A stretch of DNA of 64,000 nt from NCBI RefSeq assembly GCF_006345805.1, contig NC_043010.1:45632001-45696000 (forward strand), in the 5' to 3' direction. A model generated the notes under the pieces. The model did no database searches, was not told where the DNA came from, and saw only the letters and a program-made list of their open reading frames with translations. This DNA comes from Octopus sinensis (taxonomy: Eukaryota). The translations under genes were made by a program, and so were the position numbers. Shown one piece after another: positions 62,208-64,000 of the stretch (the first letter of the stretch is position 1; each line of letters opens with the position of its first letter).

Positions 62208-62241
<34 letters not shown>
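62121..62241. repeat. (CT)n microsatellite
   Basis: Read directly from the sequence. Confidence 0.95.
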
Positions 62242-64000
62242 GCTGATGATTGTTTCCCTGCTCTAATTTAAGCTGTCAGTTTGCTTGCATGTTCTACCAG
62301 GTTAAGGAAATTCTCTGGAAGTTCTCTTTTGCCCTTTGTCTGCGTACCAGCTAAGTATTCTTTAAACATTTTTTTTACATGGTTTACTATTTGTATTTTC
62401 GAGTTTCTGTCTTATCAAGCTGATCTTTTAAATGGTGGTGGAAAGTTGTTGTCTTTATCATTTTTTTATTTTATTTTATGTTCCTCATCTTCTCTCTTGC
62501 TGTCTCACTCACTCTTTATCAGATTTACTCTCATAAACCCCTCCACACACTGTTGATATTGCCAGGATCTTTTTCCAGCCATCAGTGAGGCCTCACTGAC
62601 ATTGTCATCACCATGATATTATTTCATCAAACCTGAAAAAGAGGGACTGGATGGGAGAGAGAGAAAGAGGCAGGAGGAAGGAAAGGGAAAAAGAGAGATG
62701 GTAGGAATAACAATAATGTGAGCTGATGGCAAATGTTTGATAACTGATTGAGAAAGATGTGTAGTCTGATTTTATACAATCTTAAATGTTTTGATTTTTT
62801 TTTTCTTGATGGTTAGGTGGTTTGTTATTCAGTATAGTGTAAAGATATGTCTGGTTACTTTGGTAACTACTACAAAAATCTTAACAGATTAATGTTCAAG
62901 AGAATATGAGATAAGATACACTTCTTAAATGTTTAAAGATTTACATTTATCTCCTGGTGATAGGTGGGTGGCTATATAAAGTCAGACATAATATAACAAC
63001 TATCATCATTAACAATGCTATAATATAATGTTATATTATTAACATAATATAGCAATCATCATGTTCCATGCTGGCAAGTAATTGAAGGAAGGATGATATA
63101 TTCAAATGCTTTCTCTCAGCCTTCTGGCCTTATAGGAGACAGATTTATGGCATTCAGGTGCTCTTACTCTAGCTTCTGGTTTATAGGAGAAAGATTTAAG
63201 TCCAACATTACAAGCTAGAAAAAAAAAATCACTTCTTAGTTACGTTGGTCAACTTGTCACAGCAACAACTACTGCTTGTATTTAGAAAAATGTATTTCAC
63301 CAAATGTATTGATTCAGATTGAACTAGCATATTCTTCGATGCTAACTCAGTTCAAGAAATGAACTGACCCAAACTTATTCTCTGCTTAAATTAAGCTATT
63401 ATTGAGGAAAAAAGGACACTTGGCATTTTATTTCGTCAACCCTCTCCTGCTAAGCACAATATAATGAACATAGTGCTTCCAAATCACTTATCAGTTGTAT
63501 CAACTTTACAGCCACATGCCATTGTAACTCCAGCAGCTATGACATGTGCTGTACATTCCTTTCAATAACTTAGCATGCAGTTAAATGACCCTTGACTATT
63601 ATGAAAGAGAAGGTTGTCTAAAGTTTACCGAAACTGTACGAAAACACCCATTTTGTCAAAATGAACGATAGCTTTATAGCTGCAATGGTTGCAGCTTTGG
63701 CATCTGTTACAAGCTGCACATTCTTTCAATAAAACTTGATTAGATGCATCATCTTCGCTAGCACAAACTATTGCAGCTTCAGCAGCTTTTACCACTCACA
63801 CATCCTTAGAAAGATTATCAGGAACACAGAAACCAACAGCAAAAAAAAAAAAAAAAAAAGGAATCTCTTTTTCATACAGAATTCTTTTTTAAGCTAGTCT
63901 AAAATATTAGACATCATGAAGCTGTAACAATAATAATCTGCCAAATTCCCTGAAAAAAAATTATTATTGCTAGGTACTGCCCAAAACTGGTACTTAATTT

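Noticed and set aside
1-64000. A novel multi-gene biological system
   Set aside because: No intact long ORFs, operon-like organisation or unexplained regular arrays; the content is explained by eukaryotic TEs, microsatellites and a few possible exons.

Overview
Eukaryotic, strongly AT-rich, repeat-dense DNA that looks intronic or intergenic. It has no long intact ORF, no RNA genes, and no prokaryotic, phage or CRISPR features. The repeat families and abundant (CA)n/(TA)n/(CT)n/(ATT)n microsatellites resemble, from memory, those of an Octopus genome; this is an inference and was not checked by any database search. Most recognisable sequence is mobile-element debris: two tRNA-headed SINE families (called A and B here, many copies, the youngest with TSDs); short elements matching the 3' end of an RTE LINE (family C), with that LINE's ORF C-terminus present in the window; other RTE and CR1-like fragments; hAT-like and TTAA/piggyBac-like MITEs; and a decayed Merlin (IS1595/ISXO2-like) transposase. 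Nearly all ORFs in the supplied track are microsatellite or antisense-TE artefacts. Several short plus-strand segments have good splice signals and partly compatible phases, and may be exons of an unidentified gene with very long introns (low confidence). I found no convincing new biological system. The most notable structures are a head-to-head inverted pair of RTE 3' ends flanked by one direct repeat, a stem-loop minisatellite in the RTE 3'UTR, two hAT MITEs sharing a triplicated 8-bp target, and a candidate frame-compensating exon/acceptor switch. Boundaries of old repeats are approximate (about +/-20 bp).
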